Part shown: piece by piece, positions 29,846-38,961 of the stretch
How the letters are laid out: each line of letters starts with the position of its first letter
Numbering within the stretch: the first letter of the stretch is position 1
NCBI GenBank assembly: GCA_963740635.1
Contig: CAVUEQ010000001.1
Location: 740,840-804,839, forward strand
DNA from: an uncultured bacterium
GTDB lineage: Bacteria; Patescibacteriota; Saccharimonadia; UBA4664
Reading direction: 5' to 3'
Length of the DNA stretch: 64,000 nucleotides
Position numbers and translations under genes: made by a program
The notes under the pieces: model-generated
What the model saw: only the letters and a program-made list of their open reading frames with translations
Database searches by the model: none
Told to the model about the DNA's origin: nothing

Positions 29846-31738
29846 TTATTCGAGAACGGCTTTGATGCGGCGGATGCCGGCGGAGCTGGATTCCTCTTTG
29901 GTGATTTTGTAGCGTTTGCCGCCCTCGCCTAGCGCGGCGGTGTGGGTGACGTGAGGGCCGCCGCAGATTTCTTTACTGAACCACTCCCCGTCCGGGTCGC
30001 CGGCCGTATAGACTTTCACCGTGTCGCCGTATTTATCACCGAAGGCACCCAGCGCACCCTCTTCGAACGCCTGCGCAGTCGGGATTTCGCGGAAGCCCAT
30101 GGGCCAGTCGCGCTCGATGTTGGCGTTTACGATATCCTCGACCTGTTTGATCTGCTCCGGGGTCATTTTCTCGGGATGGCTGAAGTCGAAACGCAGGCGT
30201 TCGGGGGTGATGTTACTACCGCGCTGAATGACGTGGTCGCCAAGTACCTCGCGCAGGGCTTTGTAGCCGAGGTGGGTGGCGGTGTGGTATTTGATGGAAA
30301 CGTCGGAATGGTCGGCCAGGCCGCCCTTGAATTGGCCGGCGGTGGCGGTGCGGGAGCGGTCACGCTGTTCGCGCAGGAGAGCTTCGAACTCGCTGTGCCA
30401 GTGCTGGTTGACGGGGATGTGCTTCTCGTGGGCTTCCTCGAGCGACAGTTCAGGCGGGAAACCGTAAGTGTCGAACAGCACGAAGATTTTGGCGCCGGTG
30501 AGTTCGTCGCCGGCCAGTTTCTTGAATTCTCGCACGCCGCGCTCGAGGGTTTTGCGGAACTGTTTTTCCTCGGCCACGAGGGTGTGAATGATGGCTTCTT
30601 CGCGGGCGGCCACCTCCGGGAAATCGTCGCGGTAGAGCTCGGCGATCACGGGCACTACCAGCTCCAGGAAGTCCTCCTTGAGGTCGAGGGCCAGAGCCTG
30701 GCGGATGGCGCGGCGGATGAAGCGGCGCATGACATAGCCCTGGTCTGTGTTACTGGGCGCCACGCCGTCGACAGCCAGGAAATACCGCCGCGCGCAGGTG
30801 GTCGGCGATGATGCGCATGGCCTCCGGGTTTTGGTCGTAGCGGATGCCGCTCATTTCCTCGAGCTTGCGAATGATCGGCCACAGCAGGCTGATGCGGAAC
30901 ATGTCGCCGCTCCCCTCCTTGGCCGCCGCGATGCGCTCGAGGCCGCCGCCGAAGTCCACGTTTCGCTTGGGCAGCTCGTCGAAACCGCCGTCCTCGCGCT
31001 TGATGATATTGCATAAACACCGAGTTACCGATCTCCATGAAGCGGCCGCAGTCGCAGTTGGGGTGGCAGTGCTGGCCCCACTTCGGGATCGTGCTCGATA
31101 TGGGTGAATTCGTAGAACATTTCCGAATCCGGCCCGCCAGGTTCACCCGCGGGCATGTTTTCGGGCACGCCGGCGCGGCTCCACCAGTTCTTCCTGGCGT
31201 CGTAATAAAAGATGCGCTCGCCGGGATTGATGCCGCGGTCGTAGCCGCCTTGTTCGGAGCCGATATGGGCCGCTTCGGCCTGAACGCCCTTGTCCGCGAA
31301 CAGCTTTTTCCAGATCGCGACTGATTCGTCGTCGCGGGGGATGTCATTTTGCTGATCGCCCGCTAAAGACGGTGACGTATAGATTCTGGTCGGGTCGAGA
31401 CCCACCACGCCGGTGATAAATTCCCAGAACCACGGGAGCTGCTCGGCTTTGAAGTAGTCACCGAGGCTCCAGTTGCCGAGCATCTCGAAGAAAGTAGTGT
31501 GGCGGTTGTCGCCGACTTCGTCGATGTCCTCGGCGCGGAAGCAAGTCTGAGAGTTGACCAGGCGGGTTCCATTCGGGTGCACCTCGCCGAGCAGATACGG
31601 AACGAGTGGCTGCATGCCGCTGCCGGTAAAGAGCGTCGTGGGGTCTTCGCGCGGCACGAGGTTGGCGCGCGGGATTACGGCGTGGCCGCGGCCGGCGAAG
31701 AATTTAAGGTAGGCGGAGCGAATTTCGTTCGTGGTCAT
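29846..31738 (-). pseudogene. alaS: Alanyl-tRNA synthetase (short form, about 630 aa) split over four reading frames by three frameshifts between about 31070 and about 30760. The gene is essential, so assembly indels are a likely cause.
   Basis: The 31738 frame has the N-terminal catalytic domain (…GPDSEMFYEFTHIEHDPE). The 31347 frame has CGRFMEIGNSVFMQYHQ. The 30959 frame has DFGGGLERIAAAKEG…MRIIADHLRAAVF. The 30763 frame has APSNTDQGYVMRRFIRRAIRQ plus the editing-domain motifs HTATHL and CGGPHV. Confidence 0.85.
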
Positions 31739-32022
31739 GCGGGATATTGTACCTTCCAGAGAGCTTTGGTGTAAACGCCCGGATGTGCTGCGGGCCGCGA
31801 GTGCGGTAGTACCGGGAAGAAAAATAATTCCAATGGAAAGGTGGGCGCCTTTCGAACTTGACGCAACGCATTGTCACGCCAAGCAACCTGACACGACGCA
31901 TCGCAGCGCCGCACCAAGGAAATGTTACGCCCACCTAACCCCAACCACGGCTTCGGGAAAATAAGGCACCTCCTTTCATGGCGGTGCGAATGCCGTCGTT
32001 GAACAAGTAATTGTTCGAGGCA

Positions 32023-33126
32023 TCACTCCTTTCGGTCTGCGGTTAGGGCGAGTGTATTATACTCGCACAACATTCCGCCGCCAAGCACAACCTCTCCATC
32101 GTAGATGACGGCGGATTGGCCGGGGGTGAGGGCGCGCTCGGGGCGGGCGAGGGAGATGGCGAATGCGCCGCCGGAGGCGGGGGTGATTTGGCATTCGATG
32201 AGCCCGGCGCGATGCCGGCTGCGGAGCTGGTAGGTGCGGCGGGGCTGGGGCGGCTCGCCGATCCAGTGGGCGCCGGCGATGGTGGCCCGCGTGGAATCGA
32301 GCACGGCCGTGGCTGGGCCGGGGGCTACATAGACAGTGTTGGTGGCGACATCCTTGCCGGTAACGTAGTAGGGCTGCCCGCCGCCGATGCCGAGGCCGTG
32401 GCGCTGGCCGGTGGTGTAGAACACGGCGCCCTGGTGGGTGCCGAGCTGGCGGCCCGTAGTGAGGTCGAGGACCGGTCCTGGAGCCACCTCCAGGTACTGG
32501 CGCAGGAATTCGCGCAGGCCGACCTCGCCCACGAAGCAGATGCCCTGCGAATCCGGTTTTTTGGCTGTGGGCAGGCCAAATTCGGCTGCCAGCCGCCGCA
32601 CCTCGGGCTTGGTGAGTTCCCCTAGTGGAAATAATGTCTTCCCGAGAGCATCCTGCGAGACCCGGTAGAGGAAATAGGTTTGGTCCTTGTTTCGGTCGCG
32701 GGCGGCTAAAAGTCGATTTTCGACATTTGAGCCGGTGGCATGCTCCACGCGCGCATAATGCCCGGTGGCAATGAGGTCGGCGCCGCTGCTCAAAGCGGTG
32801 CGCAGAAACAGGCGGAATTTGATCTCCTGGTTGCACAGCACGTCCGGGTTCGGGGTGCGGCCGGCCTGGTATTCGGCCACCATCACGTCGACCACGTGCT
32901 GCTTGTATTCGGCCTGGAAGTCGAAGACCTTGAACGGGATGTCGAGCACCGCCGCGGCGGCGCGCGCGTCGGCCAAATCCTGCTTCCACGGGCACTCCAC
33001 GCCCGCCACGTCTTGGGTCCAATTCTTCATGTACACGCCCACGACCGAATAGCCCTGCTGCTTGAGCAAGGCCGCGCTCACGGAGGAGTCCACTCCCCCA
33101 CTCATACCGACGTAGACGGTCTTCAT
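32023..33126 (-). CDS. mnmA: tRNA-specific 2-thiouridylase MnmA.
   Basis: PP-loop VGMSGGVDSSVSA. Conserved Cys residues. Confidence 0.9.
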   Translation of the reverse strand: MKTVYVGMSGGVDSSVSAALLKQQGYSVVGVYMKNWTQDVAGVECPWKQDLADARAAAAVLDIPFKVFDFQAEYKQHVVDVMVAEYQAGRTPNPDVLCNQEIKFRLFLRTALSSGADLIATGHYARVEHATGSNVENRLLAARDRNKDQTYFLYRVSQDALGKTLFPLGELTKPEVRRLAAEFGLPTAKKPDSQGICFVGEVGLREFLRQYLEVAPGPVLDLTTGRQLGTHQGAVFYTTGQRHGLGIGGGQPYYVTGKDVATNTVYVAPGPATAVLDSTRATIAGAHWIGEPPQPRRTYQLRSRHRAGLIECQITPASGGAFAISLARPERALTPGQSAVIYDGEVVLGGGMLCEYNTLALTADRKE

Positions 33127-33178
33127 AACTTGACTATTTTACATATTTATTGCTTTTAAGGAAAGGGTTCGGGTAGTA

Positions 33179-33571
33179 ATGGGCTGGTCCCAAATAACGC
33201 AAGACGCGCATAATGAAAGCATGTTTTCTTATAAAGTATTTCTTCTCCGGTTGGCGCACGGCTTGTTTGCGGCGTATTTTATTGCCTGCATCGGAGTATT
33301 GCTCTACAGCGATGTGACTGGACGCATGGGCGTGCCTTTAATAGTGGCTGTAGTGAGCCTGGCTCTTGAGGGATTTGCCGTCTTCATCCTGAATAAGGGT
33401 GACTGCCCACTAATTCACATTCAGCGCAAAATTGGCGACGAGGTGCCATTTTTTGAACTAATTTTTCCGCCTGCGATGGCCAAACGGGCGATCCCGGTGT
33501 TTGCCGGGCTGACGTGGGTGGCGGTTGGCGTGCTGGTGGTACGCTTGGCGGTCGCAATTATTAATCCGTGA
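33179..33571 (+). CDS. Hypothetical membrane protein.
   Basis: 130 aa with 3 hydrophobic helices. Confidence 0.45.
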   Translation: MGWSQITQDAHNESMFSYKVFLLRLAHGLFAAYFIACIGVLLYSDVTGRMGVPLIVAVVSLALEGFAVFILNKGDCPLIHIQRKIGDEVPFFELIFPPAMAKRAIPVFAGLTWVAVGVLVVRLAVAIINP

Positions 33572-34529
33572 AATCCTGGGTGACCATGAGGCCGTAGGGT
33601 CCGCCGTCGACAATGCCGATGCCGACGGTGCGGTAGCTGGTGGAGAGGATGTTGGCGCGGTGGCCGGGCGACTTCATGAGACCGTCGTGGGCGAGCTGCA
33701 GGTTGGGCGCGAGCGCCAGGTTTTCGCCGGCGCTGCCAAAGTCCACTCCGCCCGCACGCATGCGGTCGAAGGGAGATTTGCCGTCGGGACTGATGTGCGA
33801 GAAGTAGCCCTCGGCAAACATGTCGGCGGAGTTGGCGCGGGCAACGGCGCGGGCCTTGGTGTTGAGCGCGAGCTCGGGCAGGCCGCGGCTGGTGCGTTCA
33901 TGGTTGAGCAGGGTGAGCATGGCGGTCTCGGCAGCGGGGGCGGCGGCGACGTTGGTGGTGGTGAAATGCAGGTCGATGCGCTCGTCGCTCTCGGGCTCGG
34001 CGGTGACCGTGAAGAAGTTGAGGCTGTCGTTGATGTCATGGCCAAGGCCGGCCGCGAGCTCGGCCTGCAATCCCCCGCTGGCGGCCAGGAGTTGCCCCGC
34101 CACCGGCGCGCCGGTCACCGGCCTTTTAGCGGCGGCGCTGAGCGGCAGGCCCGCGAACACTATGAGACCGAGGGTGATGACGGCGGCGGCCTTGAGGGCG
34201 TTTAAGACCGCCCCGCCGGCGCGGCGCAGCGGCGACAGCCGCAGGTGGCGGTGCAGGTGGGGTAGCAGCACGAAGCGAATGATCAACGCGCAGGCGACCT
34301 CGGTGATGGTCCAAATGCCCACGAACGCCACCACGTTGCCGAGGGCGGCAGTGACGTGGGCAAAGATTTCGATGCCGAGGCCCACCGGATGGTATAGGCC
34401 CAGCGCGACGTAGGTGGCGGCCATAAAGCTGACCAACTCCAGGCCGATGAGGACCATCCCGCGCTTGGTGCCGGAATAAGCGGAGTACCCAAGGGCGGCC
34501 AGGATACCTATGGCCACCAGCCAGCTCAC
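33561..34529 (-). CDS. CvpA-family membrane domain fused to a C-terminal CAP/SCP/PR-1 domain.
   Basis: N-terminal 4-TM CvpA-like region. C-terminal GENLALAPN...LMKSPGHRANILSTSYRTVGIGI is a CAP-domain signature. Confidence 0.65.
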   Translation of the reverse strand: MSWLVAIGILAALGYSAYSGTKRGMVLIGLELVSFMAATYVALGLYHPVGLGIEIFAHVTAALGNVVAFVGIWTITEVACALIIRFVLLPHLHRHLRLSPLRRAGGAVLNALKAAAVITLGLIVFAGLPLSAAAKRPVTGAPVAGQLLAASGGLQAELAAGLGHDINDSLNFFTVTAEPESDERIDLHFTTTNVAAAPAAETAMLTLLNHERTSRGLPELALNTKARAVARANSADMFAEGYFSHISPDGKSPFDRMRAGGVDFGSAGENLALAPNLQLAHDGLMKSPGHRANILSTSYRTVGIGIVDGGPYGLMVTQDFTD

Positions 34530-35122
34530 TGGCTGCTGCTCCCGCTGACTAACTCATAGACTACCTTTTGCAGCTCGGAAAAGGTGAGCGAGCGGCTTTG
34601 GGGCGTGGCCCACCAACGCGACCGCCGCCACGCGTCGTCGAACGATGAATGGTTGATGATAATGAATTTTGATCCCAGCGCCCGCCGGAATTCAATGTAG
34701 GCCCGCCGCTGATGGTAGGGCGAGGTCACCAGAATGATGGAGTGGAGGTTTTGCTGATGAATGATGGCGGCGGCGCCCGAGGCATTCTCGCGGGTGTTGG
34801 TAGCCAGCTCATCCAGGGAGATGGCCGAGGCCGGGACTCCGGCGTTCAGCGCCGCTTGTTCCATGGCTTTGGCGTTCGACGGACCGTTGGGGTCGAGTGC
34901 TGCCCCCGAGAAGATGATATTGGCAGCATAGCCGTCTTGGTAGAGTTTGATAGCTTCGGCGGCGCGGGCGCCGGTTTCACCACCCGAAATGGCCACCACG
35001 GCGTCGGCTTTGGCGAGTTTGTCCTGAGGTGAGAGATAGTAACCGATGCCAAAAAAGAACACGGCCCCCAACCCGGCGATGACCACGAAAAATATAACCA
35101 CCCCCAGTAGGAACCGCTTCAT
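34526..35122 (-). CDS. DUF218 (YdcF/SanA/ElyC-like) protein.
   Basis: N-terminal TM plus AVVAISGGETGARAAEAIKLYQDGYAANIIFSGA ... ATNTRENA motifs. Confidence 0.7.
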   Translation of the reverse strand: MKRFLLGVVIFFVVIAGLGAVFFFGIGYYLSPQDKLAKADAVVAISGGETGARAAEAIKLYQDGYAANIIFSGAALDPNGPSNAKAMEQAALNAGVPASAISLDELATNTRENASGAAAIIHQQNLHSIILVTSPYHQRRAYIEFRRALGSKFIIINHSSFDDAWRRSRWWATPQSRSLTFSELQKVVYELVSGSSSQ

Positions 35123-35158
35123 ATGTGTAATTGTAGCAGCTTGTGCTGAGATTATTGT

Positions 35159-36340
35159 TTACAGCTCGCGCAGGCGCTTGACGATTCCGGGGAGAACCTT
35201 GATGACCTGGCCGATTGACCCTGATGTGGCCGACCGCCCGAGGGTGAGGCGCAGGCTGCACTGGGCCTCGGCGGAGGTGCGGCCAATGGCCAGCAGCACG
35301 TGCGACGGGTCGAGGTTGCCGGTGGAGCAGGCCGAGCCGGTGGAGGCTTGGATACCGGCGTTGTCGAGGTAGAGCACCATGGCCTCGCCCTCCGCGCCGG
35401 GAATGGTGAGGTTGAGGTTGTTAGGCAGGCGGCGGCGCGGATCGCCGTTGAGGCGCGCATCCGGGACGGCGGCGGTGACGGCGGCGGCCAGCTGGTCGCG
35501 CAGGGCTCTGAGGCGGCGGGATTCGGCCTCGCGGCCGGCGGCGGCCAGCTCCAGGGCACGGGCCAGGCCGGCGATACCGGCCACATTTTCGGTGCCGCTG
35601 CGCCGGCCGCGCTCCTGGCCGCCGCCGTACACCAGGGGCTCGAGGCTGGTGCCATGCCGCACGTACAGCGCGCCGGTGCCTTTGGGGCCGTAGATCTTGG
35701 AGCCGCCGATGGTCAGCAAATCCACGCCGAGGCGCGTGACGTGCAGGTCGAGGTAGCCGGCGGCCTGCACGGCGTCGGTGTGGAGGTAGAGCGGCAGGGT
35801 GATGCCGCGGCGGTCGCGGTCGGTGCGGACCCGCGCGACTAGCTTGCCAATGTCGGCGATGGGCTGGATGGTGCCGATTTCGTTGTTGGCCATCATGACC
35901 GACAGGAGGACCGTTTGGTCGGTGATGGCGCTCTCAATTTCAGCCGGGTCGACGATGCCGCTAGGTTTAACGCTGACCGCAGTTGCCTCGTGTCCCTCAC
36001 GCTTTAATGGCTCCACGCAGCCCAGAACGGCATCATGCTCGATAGCGGTGGTAACCCAATGCGCCCCCGGGTGGGCCCGCAGCACCCCCTGCACCGCCAG
36101 GTTGTCGCCCTCGGTGCCGCCCGAGGTGAACACGATTTCGGTCGGTTTGGCGCCAAGAATGCCCGCGATGGAGCGCCGGGCCGCTTCGACCGCCCCACGG
36201 GTTTCGCGCGCCGCGGCATAAAGGCTCGAGGGGTTGGCAAAATCCCGCTCGAGGTATGGGCGCATAGCCTCAAGCACCGCCGCGTCGAGCGGGGTAGCGG
36301 CTGCGTGGTCGAGATAAATTGGCTGCAAAGGTTGGCCCAT
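35159..36340 (-). CDS. Cysteine desulfurase (class V aminotransferase, IscS/NifS-like).
   Basis: TSGGTEGDN, HTDAVQAAG, PLP-Lys in GGSKIYGPKG, C-terminal active Cys in STGSACS. Confidence 0.85.
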   Translation of the reverse strand: MGQPLQPIYLDHAAATPLDAAVLEAMRPYLERDFANPSSLYAAARETRGAVEAARRSIAGILGAKPTEIVFTSGGTEGDNLAVQGVLRAHPGAHWVTTAIEHDAVLGCVEPLKREGHEATAVSVKPSGIVDPAEIESAITDQTVLLSVMMANNEIGTIQPIADIGKLVARVRTDRDRRGITLPLYLHTDAVQAAGYLDLHVTRLGVDLLTIGGSKIYGPKGTGALYVRHGTSLEPLVYGGGQERGRRSGTENVAGIAGLARALELAAAGREAESRRLRALRDQLAAAVTAAVPDARLNGDPRRRLPNNLNLTIPGAEGEAMVLYLDNAGIQASTGSACSTGNLDPSHVLLAIGRTSAEAQCSLRLTLGRSATSGSIGQVIKVLPGIVKRLREL

Positions 36341-36382
36341 GGCCGCTAATTATGCCAGCTTACAAGCAGCTTTTCAATGAGC

Positions 36383-36478
36383 GAGGTCCGACCTTCACCG
36401 TGTTACTGGAATCCCGGTTGTGTTTGAGAACTACTTGAGCGTAAGCGGGATTCCGGTGTTTCGCTCAAGGTCGGACCT
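36383..36478. repeat. REP-like palindromic doublet (two inverted copies) at the 3' side of the RAYT gene.
   Basis: GAGGTCCGACCTTCACCGTGTTACTGGAATCCCGG (36383-36417) and the inverted GGGATTCCGGTGTTTCGCTCAAGGTCGGACCT (36447-36478). Confidence 0.65.
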
Positions 36479-37013
36479 TGGCCCTTGACAGGTACTCCAG
36501 GTAGTCGCATGGCGTATCAAATAGTTGTAATACCGGCCGGGGGTCGACAAAGCTAGAAGCGCTGTCTGGCTGGAGGTAAACCTGCAGGCTGGAATGTTGG
36601 TGTTGGCGCCAGCCGAGTCCTGCGCGCTCCGGGTTTCGGTGGATATAGCGCGACTCCTCCATAAGGTGGGCAGCCCCAGCCACCCGGCTTGCCTTGTATT
36701 TTCCCTGAAACAATGGCCCAATACGCAAGTGGCGCTGGTTGAAGTAGATAACATACCCGGTAATTAACCTCTGGAACCATCGGCCCATTGCCCCGGTTTC
36801 AGTTTGGCTTAGTAATACGTGGAAGTGGTTCGGCATGAGGCAAAAAGCGAGTAAAGTAACGCTCGGCTCCCGCTCGAGGGCTTGGTGCATCTGCAACTTG
36901 AAGCGCTGGTGGTCATGGTGATCGAGGAAGATACGCCTGCGCTCAACCCCCCGGTTGTATGCATGATAAATGCCTTGGGGTAGGTCTTCTTTGATCGTGT
37001 GGCGAGACGGCAT
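36465..37013 (-). mobile_element. REP-associated tyrosine transposase (RAYT) / IS200-like Y1 HUH transposase TnpA. Start taken at internal MPSRHTIKED...
   Basis: HUH motif MPNHFHVLL. Catalytic Tyr context SRYIHRNP. N-terminal MPSRHTIKEDLPQGIYHAYNRG resembles the IS200 TnpA start. Flanked by REP-like repeats. Confidence 0.8.
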
Positions 37014-37045
37014 GTTTGACAGCCTAGCACCTGGTCCGTCGACCG

Positions 37046-37080
37046 GCAAGGTCCGACCTTCACCGTGTTACTGGAATCCC
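37046..37080. repeat. REP-like sequence, third copy, 5' of the RAYT gene.
   Basis: AAGGTCCGACCTTCACCGTGTTACTGGAATCCCGG is identical over 31 nt to the 36383-36417 copy. Confidence 0.7.
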
Positions 37081-37089
37081 GGCTATGGT

Positions 37090-37641
37090 TCAGGGTTTGG
37101 TGAGGGTGTCCAAGATGACGGCACCGGAGATTTCAGTGAGGGCGGTTCCGGGAATGAGGAGCTTGGAGCGCCTGAGGCCGCCGCCAATGACCAAGCGGGA
37201 GACTTCGAGCAGGCTCTGGTCGATGAGGAGGGGCCATCCGCCGGGCAGCCCGAGGATCGTGATGCTGCCGTACTCCTGGCCGCTGGCATCCACGGCAAAC
37301 TCGCGGCTGGCCATCGAGGTTTGGCGGGCGCCGAGCCGGCGGCGGATGAGGCCGTTGATGTCGGCGCGGGCGTGAGCAGGGACGAGACAGCCGGCGGGAG
37401 TGATGGCGCCGGCGCGGCGGCCCTCGACGATGAGGCAGTTGGCAGTCTCGGCGGGGTCAACCTGAAATTCTGCACAGAATGCGTCGGTGTCACTGAATTT
37501 GGGGTCGATTTCGCAGACCAGGATCTGAGAAACGAGCGTATGGCCCGACCATTGCTCGAGCGCGGTTTTGACGGGACCGGCCAGCAGGTCGGGGCGGTCG
37601 AGGGCGGAAGTGAATAGCAGGGTGCCGAAGGTTAGTTTCAT
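37090..37641 (-). CDS. YbaK/ProX-like aminoacyl-tRNA deacylase domain protein.
   Basis: 183 aa. YbaK-like segment CLIVEGRRAGAITPAGCLVPAHARADINGLI. Confidence 0.6.
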   Translation of the reverse strand: MKLTFGTLLFTSALDRPDLLAGPVKTALEQWSGHTLVSQILVCEIDPKFSDTDAFCAEFQVDPAETANCLIVEGRRAGAITPAGCLVPAHARADINGLIRRRLGARQTSMASREFAVDASGQEYGSITILGLPGGWPLLIDQSLLEVSRLVIGGGLRRSKLLIPGTALTEISGAVILDTLTKP

Positions 37642-38405
37642 ATGCCGAAGAGTCTTTCGGCGTTAGTGGTGGTGGCGTGCTCGAGGTCTTCGAGGGACTC
37701 GCCTCGCAGGTGGGCCAGGAAGGCGGCGGTCCTGGCGATGTAGGCGGGCTCGTTGCGCTTGCCGCGATGCGGGACGGGCGCGAGGAAGGGGGCGTCGGTT
37801 TCGAGGATGAGGCGGTCGGGGGGGACGCGGCGGGCGGCCTCGAGCTGGGCCGGGTCTTTGGTGAAGGTCATGATGCCATTGAGCGCGACGTGGAGACCGC
37901 GCTCGAGGGCGCCTTCGAGCTCTTCGGGGCCGGCGGTGAAGCTGTGGACGAGGCCGCGCGGTGGGGTGCCGGCGCCGCCGTAGTCGTCGAGGATGGCGAA
38001 GAATTGCGGAAAGGCCTCGCGCACGTGAAAGACCATGGGCAGCCCGCGCTCGAGACCGAGCTCGATTTGGAAGCGCAGGGCGCGGTCCTGCTCGTCGCGA
38101 GTAGTCTCGGATTTGTAATTGTCGAGGCCGCATTCGCCGATGGCCACCACCGGCTCGAGCTCGGCCAACCGCGCGACCTCCTCGAGCGCTTCGTAGCCGC
38201 GGCCGGCGTCGTGGGGGTGGAGGCCGGCGCTGGCCCAGAGGTTTTCGTAGGCCCGGGCGACGGCGATGGCTTCGGCCGAGTCGGTGTCGTTAACGCCGAC
38301 CACGAGCATTTTGTCGACGCCGGCGGCGTGGGCCCGCTCGAGCACGCCGTCTATTTCGTCGCGTAGTTCGGGGAAATGGACGTGGGCGTGGGTATCAATT
38401 AGCAT
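37638..38405 (-). CDS. tatD: TatD-family metal-dependent hydrolase.
   Basis: MLIDTHAHVHF start. Conserved His/Asp/Glu metal ligands. Confidence 0.9.
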   Translation of the reverse strand: MLIDTHAHVHFPELRDEIDGVLERAHAAGVDKMLVVGVNDTDSAEAIAVARAYENLWASAGLHPHDAGRGYEALEEVARLAELEPVVAIGECGLDNYKSETTRDEQDRALRFQIELGLERGLPMVFHVREAFPQFFAILDDYGGAGTPPRGLVHSFTAGPEELEGALERGLHVALNGIMTFTKDPAQLEAARRVPPDRLILETDAPFLAPVPHRGKRNEPAYIARTAAFLAHLRGESLEDLEHATTTNAERLFGI

Positions 38406-38436
38406 TAAGAGCCCCGGTTAATGCCTGGCGCGGACA

Positions 38437-38961
38437 TTACCGGGCCGCTCCGACGACGGCCGGCCGGACCATGATGTACTCGTCGGAGGTTTGCCCGTCT
38501 CCGACTCCAAGCCTGGTGGTGCCGGCGATCTCAAAGCCCAGCGACCGGTAAAGCGCTAGGGCATGCTGGTTCTCGGACCAGACCTGGAGGTAGATGCGCC
38601 CCGCCCCGGCGAGCCGCGGATGCTCCAGGGTGCGCTCCAGCAGCCGCCGGCCGATCCCCTGCCGCTGCAGGTCCGGGTCGATGTAGAGCCGGTCGAGCAG
38701 TTGGTCGCCGGGCTCGGGGGTGAGCTCCGGGAAATTGACTTGGCTGATTTGGGAGTAGCCCCGGACCCGTCCGCGCTCGACGTCCACCAGGATCACGTCG
38801 CCGTGCTCCAGCGCCTGGTGAAAGTAGACCTCGGAGCGGTTCTCGGCCAGCTCGCGGGCTAGCAGCCGGGGCGAGTAGGTATGGCCGAAAGCATGCGCGT
38901 ACGACCGGGCAGCGACCGAGGCGAGGGCAGCAAGCTCGGAACGGCGGACTGGTCTGATCAT
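38437..38961 (-). CDS. GNAT family N-acetyltransferase.
   Basis: Acetyl-CoA binding motif QRQGIGRRLLE. 4-nt overlap with metG. Confidence 0.8.
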   Translation of the reverse strand: MIRPVRRSELAALASVAARSYAHAFGHTYSPRLLARELAENRSEVYFHQALEHGDVILVDVERGRVRGYSQISQVNFPELTPEPGDQLLDRLYIDPDLQRQGIGRRLLERTLEHPRLAGAGRIYLQVWSENQHALALYRSLGFEIAGTTRLGVGDGQTSDEYIMVRPAVVGAAR

